64,000 nucleotides of DNA from Octopus vulgaris (Eukaryota). The position numbers and the translations under genes were made by a program. Every line of letters begins with the position of its first letter. Position 1 is the first letter of the stretch. The notes beneath the pieces are model-generated. The model made no database searches and was not told where the DNA came from. It saw nothing but the letters and a program-made list of their open reading frames with translations. Positions 1 through 12,242 of this stretch are shown here, piece by piece. The DNA lies in NCBI GenBank assembly GCA_951406725.2, contig OX597838.1:28396001-28460000 (forward strand). The letters run 5' to 3'.

Positions 1-229
1 CCAACTCCATATATATACCCAGGCTTTTGCCACTCACTACACCACCTTCACACTCATTAATCACACTTCCCTCACAATATCCTGCCACTTATATTATGGC
101 ATTCATACTTCAAGGGCATGCCCTGGCACTTGTCACCATCTGTATCTCTCTTTTCCTTTACTCAACCATCCCATTTATATTCTGATCCCTGTCCCTTGTG
201 AGTATGCCCGGCATTTTGTCACCATCTCT

Positions 230-605
230 GGCATAGGAGTGTCTGTGTGGTAAGTAGCTTGCTAACAAACCACATGTTCTGGGTTCAGTCTCAGTGTGTG
301 GCACCTTGGGCAAGTGTCTTCTACTATAGCCTCAGGCCGACCAAAGCCTTGTGAGTGGATTTGGTAGACGGAAACTGAAAGAAGCCTGTCATATATATGT
401 ATGTATATATATGTATATATATATATATGTATGAGTGTGTATATGTTTGTGTGTATGTGTTTGTCCCCATAACTTAGCGCTTCGGCAAAGGAGACCGATA
501 GAGTAAGTACTAGGCTTACAAAGAGTAAGTCCTGGGGTCAATTTGGTCGAGTAAAGGCGGTGCTCCAGCATGGCCAGAGTCAAATGACTGAAACAAGTAA
601 AAGAG
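230..605 (+). mobile_element. tRNA-derived SINE family A (~400 bp, internal TA/TG microsatellite)
   Basis: Head GGAGTG..TGTGTGGTAAG...GGTTCAGT, ACCTTGGGCAAGT segment, tail TGACTGAAACAAGTAAAAGAG; many copies in the window. Confidence 0.9.
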
Positions 606-1190
606 TATCTCTATCCTGCTGTCTCCCACTCTCTCTCTCTCTCTTTCCTTCTTCTGCAACCCCTTCAGGTTGGGTAACCATGTATTTCCTTTGCAGTAGC
701 ACACCTGTTTTTATCTTCATTCCTGATCTCTCTCTCTAGCCAGGTAACCTCATTCTTCCTCTACAGCAAGACACCTGTTTCTGCCTCTCTGTCTCACTAT
801 AACCTTTCGTCATCCAACACAAAATAACCTCCTCCAGTGCCTCCACCGCTCTTGAAAATTTTTTTGTTTTTTTGCAGGTATTTGGTGACCCTATCAGTGC
901 AGGTGCCACTTAAAAGTACCCAGTCCACACTGTACGGTGGTTGGTGTTTGAAAGGGCATCCAGCTGTAAAAACCTTGCCAAAACTGACCTCACCTCTGCT
1001 TGTGCCACGTAAAAAGCACTAAGTCCACCCTGCTGAGTGGTTGTTGTTAGCAAGGGCATCTGGCTGTAAAAATCCTGCCAAAACAGTTACAGAAGTCTGG
1101 CACAGGCTTCTACTTGGCTGGCTCTTGTGAAACTGTCCCACCCATGCCAGCATGGAGGGTGGACCTTAAACAATGATGACCATGAGTAAG

Positions 1191-1250
1191 CCTCGCTGAT
1201 GAGCTTTAAATGTTGGTTCCACACGGAAAACGAAATCAATTGGTACTAGG
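1191..1250 (+). ncRNA. Type I hammerhead ribozyme-like motif (Penelope-type)
   Basis: CCTCG-CTGATGA-G...C-GAAA-TCAATTGG-TA-CTAGG; near-palindromic stem III, GUA cleavage triplet, one mismatch each in stems I and II. Confidence 0.55.
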
Positions 1251-1419
1251 ATGTCTACACTCCTATTTGTATTTTTACAAATAGGAAGACTGTTTCGGAG
1301 ATACACACACACACACACACACACACACATCACCTATATATATATATATATATATATATATGTTTATATTTAAAGCTTTCTTTGCAGCTGAAATAATAAC
1401 AAACAAAACAATTTTATAC

Positions 1420-1563
1420 CTTCACGAGTCCAGGATATTCTTTCTCAGGAAGTCCATAAAATTCATCATTGCCCTTTGAATACAACTTCAAAGGGGCATC
1501 AACTGGCTTCTGACCACCTACCACAGGCTTCTGCTTGTAATAACCAACTGTAATTCTCATAAC
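1420..1563 (-). CDS. PIPOX: PIPOX coding exon 5 (gene continues beyond the left edge)
   Basis: 144 nt; VMRITVGYYK...FYGLPEKEYPGLVK, where YGLPxxEYPGLxK is conserved in PIPOX; tttcAG / GTata. Confidence 0.92.
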
Positions 1564-2496
1564 CTGAAACAAATTTTCATTAGTGGTGAAACTATCTACA
1601 TTTCCACATATGTGTTTATGAGAACAATGCAACTTTTAACTCAGTGTTTTACACTTGCGTGTATGTATATGTATATATAGGGAAAGTTTACGAAAACAAC
1701 AAAAGACAAAGACAGGTGGTGTACAAAACAAACATATGTATTAGCATAACGCTCAGGAATAGAAAAAGTCTTTTACATTTCGAGCCTATGCTCTTCTACA
1801 GAAAGGGACACAGAAAAAACAAGGAGAGAAAAAAAATGTGTGTAGTGGCTAATGATCTATCATATATACATGTGTATGTGTGCGTGTGTGTGTGTGTATT
1901 CTTTTATTACTTTACTTGTTTCAGTCTGGCTGACTGTGGCTATGCTGGAGCACCCCATTGAAGTGTTTTAGTGAAATTAATTAACTCCAGGACATGTTTT
2001 TTTAAAGCCTAGTACTTATTCTATCGATCCCTTTTGCCGAGCTGCTAAGTTGTGGGGATGTAAACATACCAACACCAGTTGTTAAGTAGTGATGGGGTGG
2101 GGACGAACACAGACACAAAGACACACACATAAATATATACATACCCACAAGGGGCTACACACAGAGGGGACAAACAAGGACAGACAAACAGATTAAGTTG
2201 ATTACATCGACCCCAGTGCACGCTGGGCGAAATTCTTAGCGATATTTCGCCTGCTGCTATGTTCTGAGTTCAAATTCCGCCGAGGTCAACTTTGCCTTTC
2301 ATCCTTTTGGGGTCGATTAAATAAGTACCAGTTACGCACCGGGGTCAATATAATCAACTTAATCCGTTTGTCCTTGTTTGTCGTCTCTGTGTGTAGCCCC
2401 TTGTGGGCAGTAAAGGAAAAAAAAAGGAGAAGAACAATAGTATTAGTAGTTGCTAGGTGTTAGGGGTTTAGAATAATTTGGTAAGGCTTAACGAAC

Positions 2497-2679
2497 CTTT
2501 AAAGGGAATTCAATTCCAAGTTGTTGAAAATAAGATTTGGCCCAAGGGCCAAGGCATAGAACTACATTTCGTCCCTGGAAGGTACCTTTTGATGTCTTTA
2601 GTTGGTTGGTTTGACCAGGTATGATAGAAAGTACTTGGGCTTCATCAATCAATGTACCACCATTTTTCACAAACTGATC
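2497..2679 (-). CDS. PIPOX: PIPOX coding exon 4
   Basis: 183 nt; DQFVKNGGTLIDEAQVLSIIPG...VVLCLGPWAKSYFQQLGIEFPLK; tgtacAG / GTtcgt. Confidence 0.92.
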
Positions 2680-2972
2680 CTGTACAAATAAAAAATAAAA
2701 ATATTTCCATTTTAAAATTATTTAAAATCTTTGATTAATTCTTTGTTTTGCTTATTATTGTTCAGGTGAAAAGCTGGCAGAATCATTAGTATGCCAGACA
2801 AAATGCTTAGCCAAATTCTGTCTGTCTTTACATTCTAGCTTTGGATTCCATTGGTTAACTTTGACACTTACCCTTTTGGGGTTGATGAAATAATTACCTG
2901 TTATGTACAAGGATCAATATAATCAACTTGCCTTTCCCTCAAAAACTTTGGTCTTGTGTCAAAATCTGAATC

Positions 2973-3012
<40 letters not shown>

Positions 3013-3016
3013 TTTA

Positions 3017-3428
3017 CTAGCAGTATAGCCCGGCGTTGCTCGGGTTTGTTTTCTTTTCGACCCTTTAGAATTGGAATTTATGAAAAGTAAAAAATTTTGC
3101 ATTGTGTAGCTTGTTATTCTCTTTAAGTGAGCATTCTTTCTGGTTGAAATACACTGAAAAATGGCGACACAGCAGTCAAAAAATCGTAAAAAAATAGGGT
3201 TTTTCATAGAAAAAAAGCACCTTTTTGATGTAAATAATTTTTGGTCTTCATATAGTCTGATTTGAATTTTTTTCTTCTATGGAACGAAGAGCAAGCCTTC
3301 TTCTATCATACTTTTAATTTTGGTCAACTTGCGCTACAGGGTCTTGGAGGAGATAGTGTTAGTTGAAGGCTACCAAACCTGCTACACACACACACACACA
3401 CAGACAACTTCAGCTTTATATATATAGA
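3017..3428 (-). mobile_element. Non-autonomous Helitron-like element
   Basis: Minus strand starts TCTATATATATAAAG and ends with the hairpin CCCGAGCAACGCCGGG then CTAG; inserted between A and T with no TSD; second copy at 56432-56822. Confidence 0.8.
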
Positions 3429-3796
3429 TTATTATTATTATTATTATTATTATTAATAATAATATTTATTGGACTGATGTTACCCCTCCAGAAAATAAAG
3501 GAACAATAAAGAAGAGATACATATATCATCAGCCCCCAAGGGACATGCTCAACTGGTTTAGGTCAAGCAACCGACAAACAAATCTGTGTTATTGAGCAGA
3601 ATATTTGCTGTAGCCCATCTTTTCCAATCAGTTCAGATCAGAAGCCATGGTAGCCACTGCCTGGTACTGCATTATTATTTTCATAATTTCCTTTTCTTTT
3701 TTCCATTTTAGCTTTCTCCATTTCTCTTAGATGATAAAGAGTGATTTGAGGGAGATTTTGCTACTATTTGTGGCTGGTCCAAGTGATCCACTAATT

Positions 3797-4728
3797 ACCA
3801 CCATCACTAACCTCACCACCAACACTGCTGCTGCTACCGCTACCAACACCACCAGCAGCATCACCACCACCACCACTAGCAACACTACCACCAGCAACAC
3901 CACCACTACCACCACCAGCAATACCACCACCACCTCCAGCAACACCACCACTACCACCACCACCACCACCACCTTCAGCAACACCAGCAACGCTACCACC
4001 AGCAATACCACCACCACTACCACCCACCACCACACCACCACCACCACCACCACCACCACCACCAGCAACACCACCACTACTACCACCACCACCACCACCA
4101 CCACCTCCAGCAACACCAGCAACACCCACCACCACCACCACCACCACCACCACCACCACCACCACCAGCAACACCACCACTACCACCACCACCACCACCA
4201 CCACCACCACCACCACCAGCAACACCACCACTACTACCACCACCACCACCACCACCACCACCAGCAACACCAGCAACATTATCACCACCAATACCACCAC
4301 CACCACCACCAGCAACACCACCACTACCACCACCACTACCTCCAGCAACACTATCACCACCACCACCACCACCAACCACCTCCAGCAACATCACCACCAC
4401 CACCACCACCACCACCAGCAACACTACCACCAGCAACACCACCACTACCACCACCACCACCTCCAGCAACACTACCACTAGCAATACCACCACCACCAAC
4501 ACCACCTCCAGCAACATCACCACCACCACCACCAGCAACACTACCACCAGCAACACCACCACTACCACCACCACCACCTCCAGCAACACCAGCAACACCA
4601 CCACTACCACCACCACCACCACCACCTCCAGCAACATTACCACCAGCAATACCACCACCACCACCACCACCTCCAGCAACACCAGCAGCATCACCACCAC
4701 CACCACCACCACCACCACTGCCATCATA
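3797..4728. repeat. ~930-bp (CAC/CAG)n-rich trinucleotide tract in a PIPOX intron
   Basis: Low-complexity CCA/CAC repeats starting ~30 bp after the exon 3 donor. Confidence 0.95.
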
Positions 4729-4756
4729 GCAACAAAACAAAAAGTAAACTACCTAC

Positions 4757-4967
4757 TTGAAATGTGGACAAAGCTTTATCTGCCTGAAGAATTCCTCCAG
4801 CAGGGTCCAAGATAGCTTTGGATCCTGCTGTAAGTTTGATGTTAAACTCGTTAATCAATCTTTCATTAGACACATCTTCATAGGCCATATTACAGGTGGA
4901 GAGGGTTTCTTTCACTCTGTCAATATAACTGTTTTGTTTGTCGCACATCACAAGTAATTTTCTTTTC
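4757..4967 (-). CDS. PIPOX: PIPOX coding exon 3
   Basis: 211 nt, starts in phase 2 matching exon 2; ...AILDPAGGILQADKALSTFQ is typical of the family; ttcttAG / GTaggt. Confidence 0.92.
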
Positions 4968-5208
4968 CTAAGAATAACAGAATAATAGATTAGCAGAATG
5001 TAATAACTTGTGGATTATAAGATTTGAAAATGCTAATTTAATCAAATCTTGAAACATGGGACTGAAAAGCAAGCTTCTGTGTGTGTGTGTGTGTGCGTGC
5101 GTGTGTGTGCGTGTGTCTGTGTGTCTGTGCGTGTGTCTGTGTGTGTGTGTATGTGTGTGTGTGTGTGTGTGTGTGCATGTGTGTGTGTATGTGCATGTGT
5201 ATGTGTGT

Positions 5209-5252
<44 letters not shown>

Positions 5253-5349
5253 TTGTGTGTGTATGTGTGTGTGTGAGTGTGTAATACATGCATATGCGCA
5301 TGCATGTGCACACGCACACATAGGCGTAGACTGGAGAGGAATGAAAGTT

Positions 5350-5548
5350 GCATGCTCCATTGGGTTTGTAATATCGGTGTTCATGACCGACAGAGCATAA
5401 CTGTGTTGAGCGAAAAGGTAGGCATAAGAGGGATTAAATGTGACACGCAGGAGAGGAGAATGCATTGGTTTGGACATGTGATACGCATGTGTGAAGACAG
5501 CTGTATAAAGAAATGTCTGCCACTGAAAGTGGACGGTACCTGTGGTAG
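5350..5548 (+). mobile_element. RTE LINE fragment (related pieces at 10503-10740 plus and 15787-15850 minus)
   Basis: QERRMHWFGHVIRMCEDSCIKKC. Confidence 0.8.
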
Positions 5549-6051
5549 CCCATCATGTATATGTGTGTATATATATATCCCTCTCTCTCTTTCGGAGAGG
5601 CACTGAGCACCTACGCGCACATATACACACACGGCAGTAACTTCCACCTACCGAATTCAATCACAAAGCTTCGGTCAGCTCAGGGCTATAGCAGAAGACA
5701 CCTACCCAAAGTGCCACGCAGTGGGACTGAACCCTAAACCATGTAGTTAGGAAGCAAGCTCCCTAACCACACAGCTACACCCGCGCCTACAAAAATATGT
5801 AAGCACATATGCGCAGCGCTATGCGTGTGGCAAGCTTTCTACGGCCAGATGCCCTTCCTGACGCCAACCCCCACCTGTTGCCAAGCGAGGTAGTTTTTCC
5901 CTCTCTCTCCTTCGGATATATATATGTATGTATGTGTGTGTCTGTGTTTGTCCCCCCAACATCGCTTGACAACCGATGCTGATGCGTTTACCTCCCCATA
6001 ACTTAGCGGTTCGGTAAAGAGACTGATAGAATAAGTACTAGGCTTACAAAG

Positions 6052-6371
6052 TAAGAAAACAGCACAGCTCCCATGACTTCAGGAAACATTTTTTCACGCT
6101 GAGAGTTGCTGAAGCAAGGAACAAACTGCCGGCATCAGTTGTTAGTTGTCGGAGCACTGCATCCTTCAAAACTTCCATGCTTCCTGAGATTCGCCAACAC
6201 TACACCTAATTTTCTCCCCTCCATACACACGCAAGCATGTATCTGACTCATACATTGTTCGCTTTCCAGACATTTCTACATTACTGCATGTACTTTATAT
6301 GCACTTTCTGACAAGTTGTGGTGCACCTGAGCACTGTATACAATAATTTCATTATTATTATATATTATTTT
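6052..6371 (+). mobile_element. CR1-type LINE 3' end nested in a SINE A
   Basis: RKHFFTLRVAEARNKLPASVV...SFK, (ATT)n tail; SINE resumes at AAAGAATAAG. Confidence 0.82.
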
Positions 6372-6908
6372 AAAGAATAAGTCCTGGGGTCGATTTGCTC
6401 GACTAAAGGCGGTGCTCCAGCATGGCCACAGTCAAGTGACTGAAACAAGTAAAAGAATATCAACTAAAGCTCAAATTCACAGGCTTTTGACCTGTGACTA
6501 GATTGACGAGTGTCAACGCACAGAACGCTCTGACCTTGAGTCACTGTTTACTTTCGCTAAATATTAGTAAAAAGATACATAAAAAAAGATTCTATTTTTG
6601 AGTTCAGTTTTTCCTGTTTGCTTCAAAATGCCTGTGTTTGTGTGTGTGCACGCATGTGTGTATATACACATACACACACACACATGCACACACACACAGT
6701 CTTCCTCATCATCTTGTTATCATTTTAATGTCCATTTTTCCATGCTTTCATAGAAAAATCTGCTCACAAGGCTTTGGTCACACTGGGGCTGTAGGAGAAG
6801 ACACTTGATCAAGGTGCCATGCAGTGGGATTGAACCCCCAAAAACATCTGGTTGGGAAGCAAACTTCTTAGCTACACAGCCATGCATGTATGTATGTATG
6901 TATGTATT

Positions 6909-7301
6909 CTTTTACTTGTTTCAGTCATTTGACTGCGGCCATGCTGGAGCACCACCTTTAGTCGAGCAAATCGACCCCGGGACTTATTCTTTGTAAGCCC
7001 AGTACTTATTCTATCAGTCTCTTTTGCCGAACCGCTAAGTGACGGGGATGTAAACATACCAACAACGGTTGTCAAGCAATGCTAGGGGGACAAACACAGA
7101 CATACAATCACACACACACACACATATATATACATATATACGACAGGCTTCTTTCAGTTTCCGTCTACCAAATCCACTCACAAGGCATTGGTCGGCCTGG
7201 GGCTATAGCAGAAGACACTTGCCCAAGATGCCACGAAGTGGGACTGAACCCGGAACCATGTGGTTGGTTAGCAAGCTACTTACCACACAGCCACTCCTGC
7301 G
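6909..7301 (-). mobile_element. SINE family A
   Basis: Full-length reverse-complement copy. Confidence 0.9.
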
Positions 7302-7319
7302 CATGTATGTATGTATGTA

Positions 7320-8020
7320 CCGTAAATCCTCAAGTATAGTCTGCCCTTGAGTAAAATACGCAGGAGATTTTTAGGGGGCTGTACCTCTGAAGACTTAAAC
7401 CTTATGTATAATACGCACCGCTTCTCTAACTTGAGTCAAGGAGGTCTACATAACATCCTTGGTTTGTAAAAATGTATACAATAACGTCCTTTATTATTAC
7501 TGTATGTATAACATAATGCAAACGTGTAGCTTTTTTGTGCATTTTGTTTGCAGAAAATAAAGAAATAACAGTAATAACGTTTAATAAATGTTGCTTACTG
7601 CAAGTTATGAATGATTTAAGGCGGCGAGCTGGCAGAAACGTTAGCACGCCGGGCAAAATGCTTAGTGGTATTTCGTCTGCGTTACGTTGTGAGTTCAAAT
7701 TCCGCCGAGGTCGACTTTGCCTTTCATCCTTTCGGGGTCGATAAATTAAGTACCAGTTACGCACTGGGGTCGATGTAATCGACTTAATACCTATGTCTGT
7801 CCTTTTTTGTCCCCTCTGTGTTTAGCCCCTTGTGGGTAATAAAGAAATAGGTATTTTCGCACCTGACATCACAAAATGCGTCTGAATAAACATTGCCGGA
7901 CAGCAAATAGAGACTCGGACATTGCTTAGAAAATAATTTCCATTTTTAACCTTGTATATAGTATGCACTAAGGATTTTGATCTTGGGAAAAAAGTGCGGA
8001 TTATACTCGAGGATTTATGG
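7320..8020. mobile_element. Tc1/pogo-like MITE with a nested SINE B
   Basis: TIR CCGTAAATCCTCAAGTATAGTCTGC versus reverse-complemented CCATAAATCCTCGAGTATAATCCGC; TA on both sides. Confidence 0.8.
7618..7852 (+). mobile_element. SINE family B (~235 bp); other copies at 2218-2415, 26740-27000, 34340-34566, 57262-57497, 61160-61350, 62900-63052
   Basis: GGCGAGCTGGCAGAA...GAGTTCAAATTCC B-box; central GCCTTTCATCCTTTCGGGGTCGATAAA..AAGTACCAG resembles the Meta-type SINE domain. Confidence 0.85.
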
Positions 8021-8756
8021 TATGTATGTATGTATGTATGTATGTATGTATGTATGTATGTATGTGTGTGTGTATGTATGTATGTATGTATGTATGTATG
8101 TATGGATGGATGCATGTATGTATGTATGTATGTATGTATGTATGTATGTATGTATGTATGTATGTATGTATGGATGCATGTATGTATGTATGTATGTATG
8201 TGTGTGTGTATGTATGTCATTATTCAGTTTTAGTTCAAGATTTCTTGCCAATAGAGAAAGAACCGGTTTCTAACCTAGATCCAAGGCTCTTTATGTATGT
8301 ATGTATGTATGTATGTATGTATGTATGTATGCATGCATGTATGTATGTATGTATTATGTATGTATGTATGTATGTATGTATGTATGTATGTATGTATGTA
8401 TGGATGCATGTATGTATGTATGTATGGATGCATGTATGTATGTATGTATGTATGTATGGATGCATGTATGTATGTATGTATGTATGTATGTATGTATGTA
8501 TGTATGTATGTATGGATGCATGCATGTATGTATGTATGTATGTATGTATGTATGTATGTATGTATGTATGTATGTATGTATGTGTATGTATGTATGTATG
8601 TATGTATGTATGTATGTATGTATGTATGTATGTATGTATGTATGTATGTATGTATGTATGTATGTATGTATGTATGTATGGATGGATGTATGGATGCATG
8701 CATGCATGTATGTATGTATGTATGTATGTATGTATGTATGTATGTATGTATGCATG
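8021..8756. repeat. (TATG)n tetranucleotide array (similar arrays at 33390-33715 and 39160-39395)
   Basis: Direct observation. Confidence 0.95.
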
Positions 8757-8778
8757 CAGAGTCATTTATAGAGCTTAC

Positions 8779-8927
8779 GTGTAAAGTTGAGTTCCCGAAT
8801 CTCGTTCCAGCTGTTCCCACATTGGATAGGCTTCTCTCATCATATTGGCAAATATTTCCTGTAAGTAGGCCTTTCGGATAATCCGACTCTGTCCGTGGGA
8901 ACTTCCCCTGGTGTGAGGCAGTGGGAA
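8779..8927 (-). CDS. PIPOX: PIPOX coding exon 2
   Basis: [49 protein letters not shown]; [15 protein letters not shown] is the MSOX/PIPOX signature; polypyrimidine-cAG acceptor, GTAAG donor, 149 nt, ends in phase 2. Confidence 0.95.
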
Positions 8928-9522
8928 CTGGATCAAGAAAGAAAGAAGAGAAAGATGAAGAGAGAGAGAGAGAGAAAATAACAAACAATGTGTAATAAAC
9001 TAGTCAAATCGCCCTCAAATCACATCTTACTGTCTACATAAAAAGAAGGATACTTTTGATATTGTTGTCCTTGATACACTTATATCAAAATCTTGTTCAA
9101 GAAAATTATCATTAGAGCTAATTTCACAATTCACACTATTGATTCTACTCTTGTTCATAGATTTTGATTAAAGATAATCCCTAATTCTTCATTTATTATA
9201 TGCTGCTACAATTTCAGCCAAATTTCTAGTGGCTGAATAGGAAAATTTTATACTATGGGGATTAAATATTTTCCCACATTTACTTGAAGGTGAGAATCAA
9301 TAGAATTGATAGTGAATTGTGAAATTAACTCTGATGATAATTTCCTGCACTAGGTTTTGATACTTTAAGTAAAAGTAATTCCAATTCTGATTATACAGTT
9401 AAGTTAACACCTAGTTTGGATATTAATTATAATACTATAATGACTTAACACCTAATTCTGAGACGAGGACTAGTGATAATTCTTTTAACTATGAGTACCA
9501 AATACAAGTGAATAAATAACTG

Positions 9523-10055
9523 TGTAATTGTAAAAACAAAATTATCTGTCCTTTAGAAAATCAGTGTTTAAGGAAAAATATAGCGTATCAGTGTAAGGTA
9601 ATAGCAGGAGATCATAAGTATTATTACATAGGTTTGTTCGCTAAAGTTTGGAAATCTAGATCTCATAACCATTCACATTCATTTAAGTACAAAAGACAAG
9701 GTAATTCTACAAATCTTAGTAAATGCATTTGAGATTTAAAAATAGGAACAATAAGTATGGTTTTAAATGGTCAATTATTAGTTATGCACCATCTTATAAT
9801 ACTGGTAACTCTAAATATGATGTTTGCCTTGAGGAGACATTATATAATTACTTCTAAATTATCATCATTAGATTATGATGGTAATTTTACATTTAGTAAA
9901 ATGTTTAAAATGGATCAATAGTAGTTTTAAATCGACGATATAGTTATGCACCATCTTATAATACTGGTAACTCTAAATATGATGTTTGCCTTGAGGAGAC
10001 ATTATATAATTACTTCTAAATTATCATCATTAGATTATGATGGTAATTTTACATT
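9523..10055 (+). mobile_element. Penelope-like retroelement remnant (Cys-rich linker plus GIY-YIG endonuclease), disrupted, 3' part duplicated
   Basis: CNCKNKIICPLENQCLRKNIAYQCKV...YYIGLFAKVWKSRSHNHSHSF...STNLSKCI* then KWSIISYAPSY...CLEE; 9783-9893 repeated at 9943-10053. Confidence 0.8.
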
Positions 10056-10431
10056 GAAATGTTGTAAAATATATATATATCACCGTGATCACTGTGACCG
10101 ACCAGGCTATCAGATGTTGTTACACATCGACCGTGATCACCGTGACCGACCAGGCTATCAGATGTTGTTACACATCGCTGGTCACAATGTGCTTCGCATT
10201 GTTTTAGCCTTCAAATGACGCCACCCTGCTGGCTAAGCGAGCAGGCCAACAGTAGAAAGAATGAGAGAAAGTTGTGGCAAAAGAGTACAGCAGGGATCGC
10301 CACCACCACCCTGGCGGAGCCTCGTGGAGCTTTAGGTGTTTTCGCTCAATAAACACTCACAATGCCCGGTCTGGGAATTGAAACCGTGATCCTACGACCG
10401 CGAGTCTGCTGCCCTAACCACTGGGCCATAG

Positions 10432-10503
<72 letters not shown>

Positions 10504-10774
10504 AATCAGATGTGGTGTGCAAGAGAGACAACTGTGCTGGTATGGTCATGTGATGTGTTTGGACAAGGACAGTTGTGTAAAGAAGTGCCTAATTCTAACT
10601 GTGGAGGGAACCTATGATATGGAAAACATGGGATGAGGTGGTGAAGCATGATCTTCGAAATTTAAACTTCACAGGGGCAATGACTAGTGACCGAGACCTT
10701 TGATGATGTGCTCTGCTTAAGAGGACCCATCAAGCCAAGTGCACCCATGCAGGTGGCATGTAAAAAAATCAACC

Positions 10775-11080
10775 TTTGAACGTCGGGTCTCACGGAGGCA
10801 AAGTGGCTGAGTTCTTTTCCAGTGTTGAGTCTCACAAAGGCGAGGCGGCTGAGTTCCTTTCGAGCAGGCCTCATAGAGGCGAGGTGGCTCAGTTCCTTTC
10901 GAATGCTGGGCTTTATGGAGGCAAAATGGCCGAGTTTCTGTGCCTCATGGAGGCAAGGTGGCTGAGTTCCTTTCGAACGGGCCTCATGAAGGCAAGATGG
11001 CTGAGTTGCGTTTGAGCGTTGAGCTTCATGGAGGCAAAGTGGCTGAGCTCCCTTTGAGTGCTGGACCTCACAAAGGCAAT
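10775..11080 (+). repeat. Degenerate ~40-bp tandem repeat (~8 units) inside an RTE-derived element
   Basis: Recurring GCCTCAYGGAGGCAARGTGGCTGAGTTCCTTT. Confidence 0.85.
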
Positions 11081-11486
11081 GACCAAGACCTTTGGCATTA
11101 TTTCGTGCTTGAGAAGAACCATCAAGCCAAGCAAAATCATAGTGATGGCAGATACCGGTGTCACAGAAATGGCACCTGTGCCAGTAGCACATGAAAGGAT
11201 CCATTACCTTCCTTGGTCTCATCAATAATATATACCTTTGTATATATATATATTCGTGCTGGTGCTGTGTAAACGCATCCATTCCTGTAACATGCTAACA
11301 GCACCCAGCACACTCTGTAAAGTGGTTGGTGTTAGGAAGGGCATGCAGCCATAGAAACCATGCCACAACAGACAGCTGGGGTCTTGACAGCTACCTGGCT
11401 GGTGGTCAGCTCCTGTCAAACCGTCCAACCCATGGCAGCATGGGAAATGGATATTAAACGATGATGAAGAAGACAATAATTATGTA

Positions 11487-11529
<43 letters not shown>

Positions 11530-11570
11530 TGAGAAAGTTGGTGTGTGAAAGCATCTGGTTAGATATATAA

Positions 11571-11823
11571 AAAATAGAAAAGAGTGAAAAAACTACAGAA
11601 GGCTTGTTTCATAAGGTTAAAGAATATATTTAAGTCGTTATGTTAGAAAAATGTTATAAAATTTTGTGTATAGAATTTGAAAAGTTTACACAAAACCGGT
11701 TTTTCTCCAAAAACTATGTTACTATCCACAAAATTTTATGATATTTTTCTAACATAACAACATAAATATATTCGTTAACCTTATAACACAGCCTTCTGTA
11801 GTTCTTTCACTCTTTTCTATTTT
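11571..11823. repeat. Foldback inverted repeat, ~105-bp arms
   Basis: AAAATAGAAAAGAGTGAAA... versus ...TTTCACTCTTTTCTATTTT, set in (TA)n. Confidence 0.85.
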
Positions 11824-11845
11824 GTATATATATATATATATATAC

Positions 11846-11884
<39 letters not shown>

Positions 11885-11891
<7 letters not shown>

Positions 11892-11937
11892 CTCGCCTGC
11901 CACGCGGGCGGCCTGGGTTCGATTCCTGGCCGATGCA
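11885..11937 (+). pseudogene. tRNA-Gly(GCC) pseudogene lacking its 5' end
   Basis: TAGAATGCTCGCCTGCCACGCGGGCGGCCTGGGTTCGATTCCTGGCCGATGCA; anticodon GCC at 11899-901; 5' ~18 nt replaced by (TA)n; two CpG-type changes in the T stem. Confidence 0.88.
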
Positions 11938-12001
11938 ACTTAACTTTTAATGGCGGTGCCCCAGCATGGCCACAGCTCATGAACTGAAACTAGATAAAAT
12001 A

Positions 12002-12044
<43 letters not shown>

Positions 12045-12111
12045 ATATTTCGGAATGGTCATATTGCCAGTTTAGCCAATAAGTCTTGAACAACAAATAT
12101 TTAACCGTACT

Positions 12112-12175
<64 letters not shown>

Positions 12176-12184
12176 GTATATATG

Positions 12185-12242
<58 letters not shown>

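Noticed and set aside
3731-4729. 332-aa Thr/His/Pro-rich ORF and overlapping antisense ORFs
   Set aside because: Trinucleotide repeat open in several frames on both strands, inside a PIPOX intron
7822-8988. Long MYVC/HTYI ORFs, likewise at 33-34, 39-41, 45.9-47.8 and 62 kb
   Set aside because: Microsatellite translations; only 8779-8927 is a real exon
10662-11282. 206-aa ORF with KELSH repeats
   Set aside because: Antisense translation of the RTE-derived ~40-bp minisatellite
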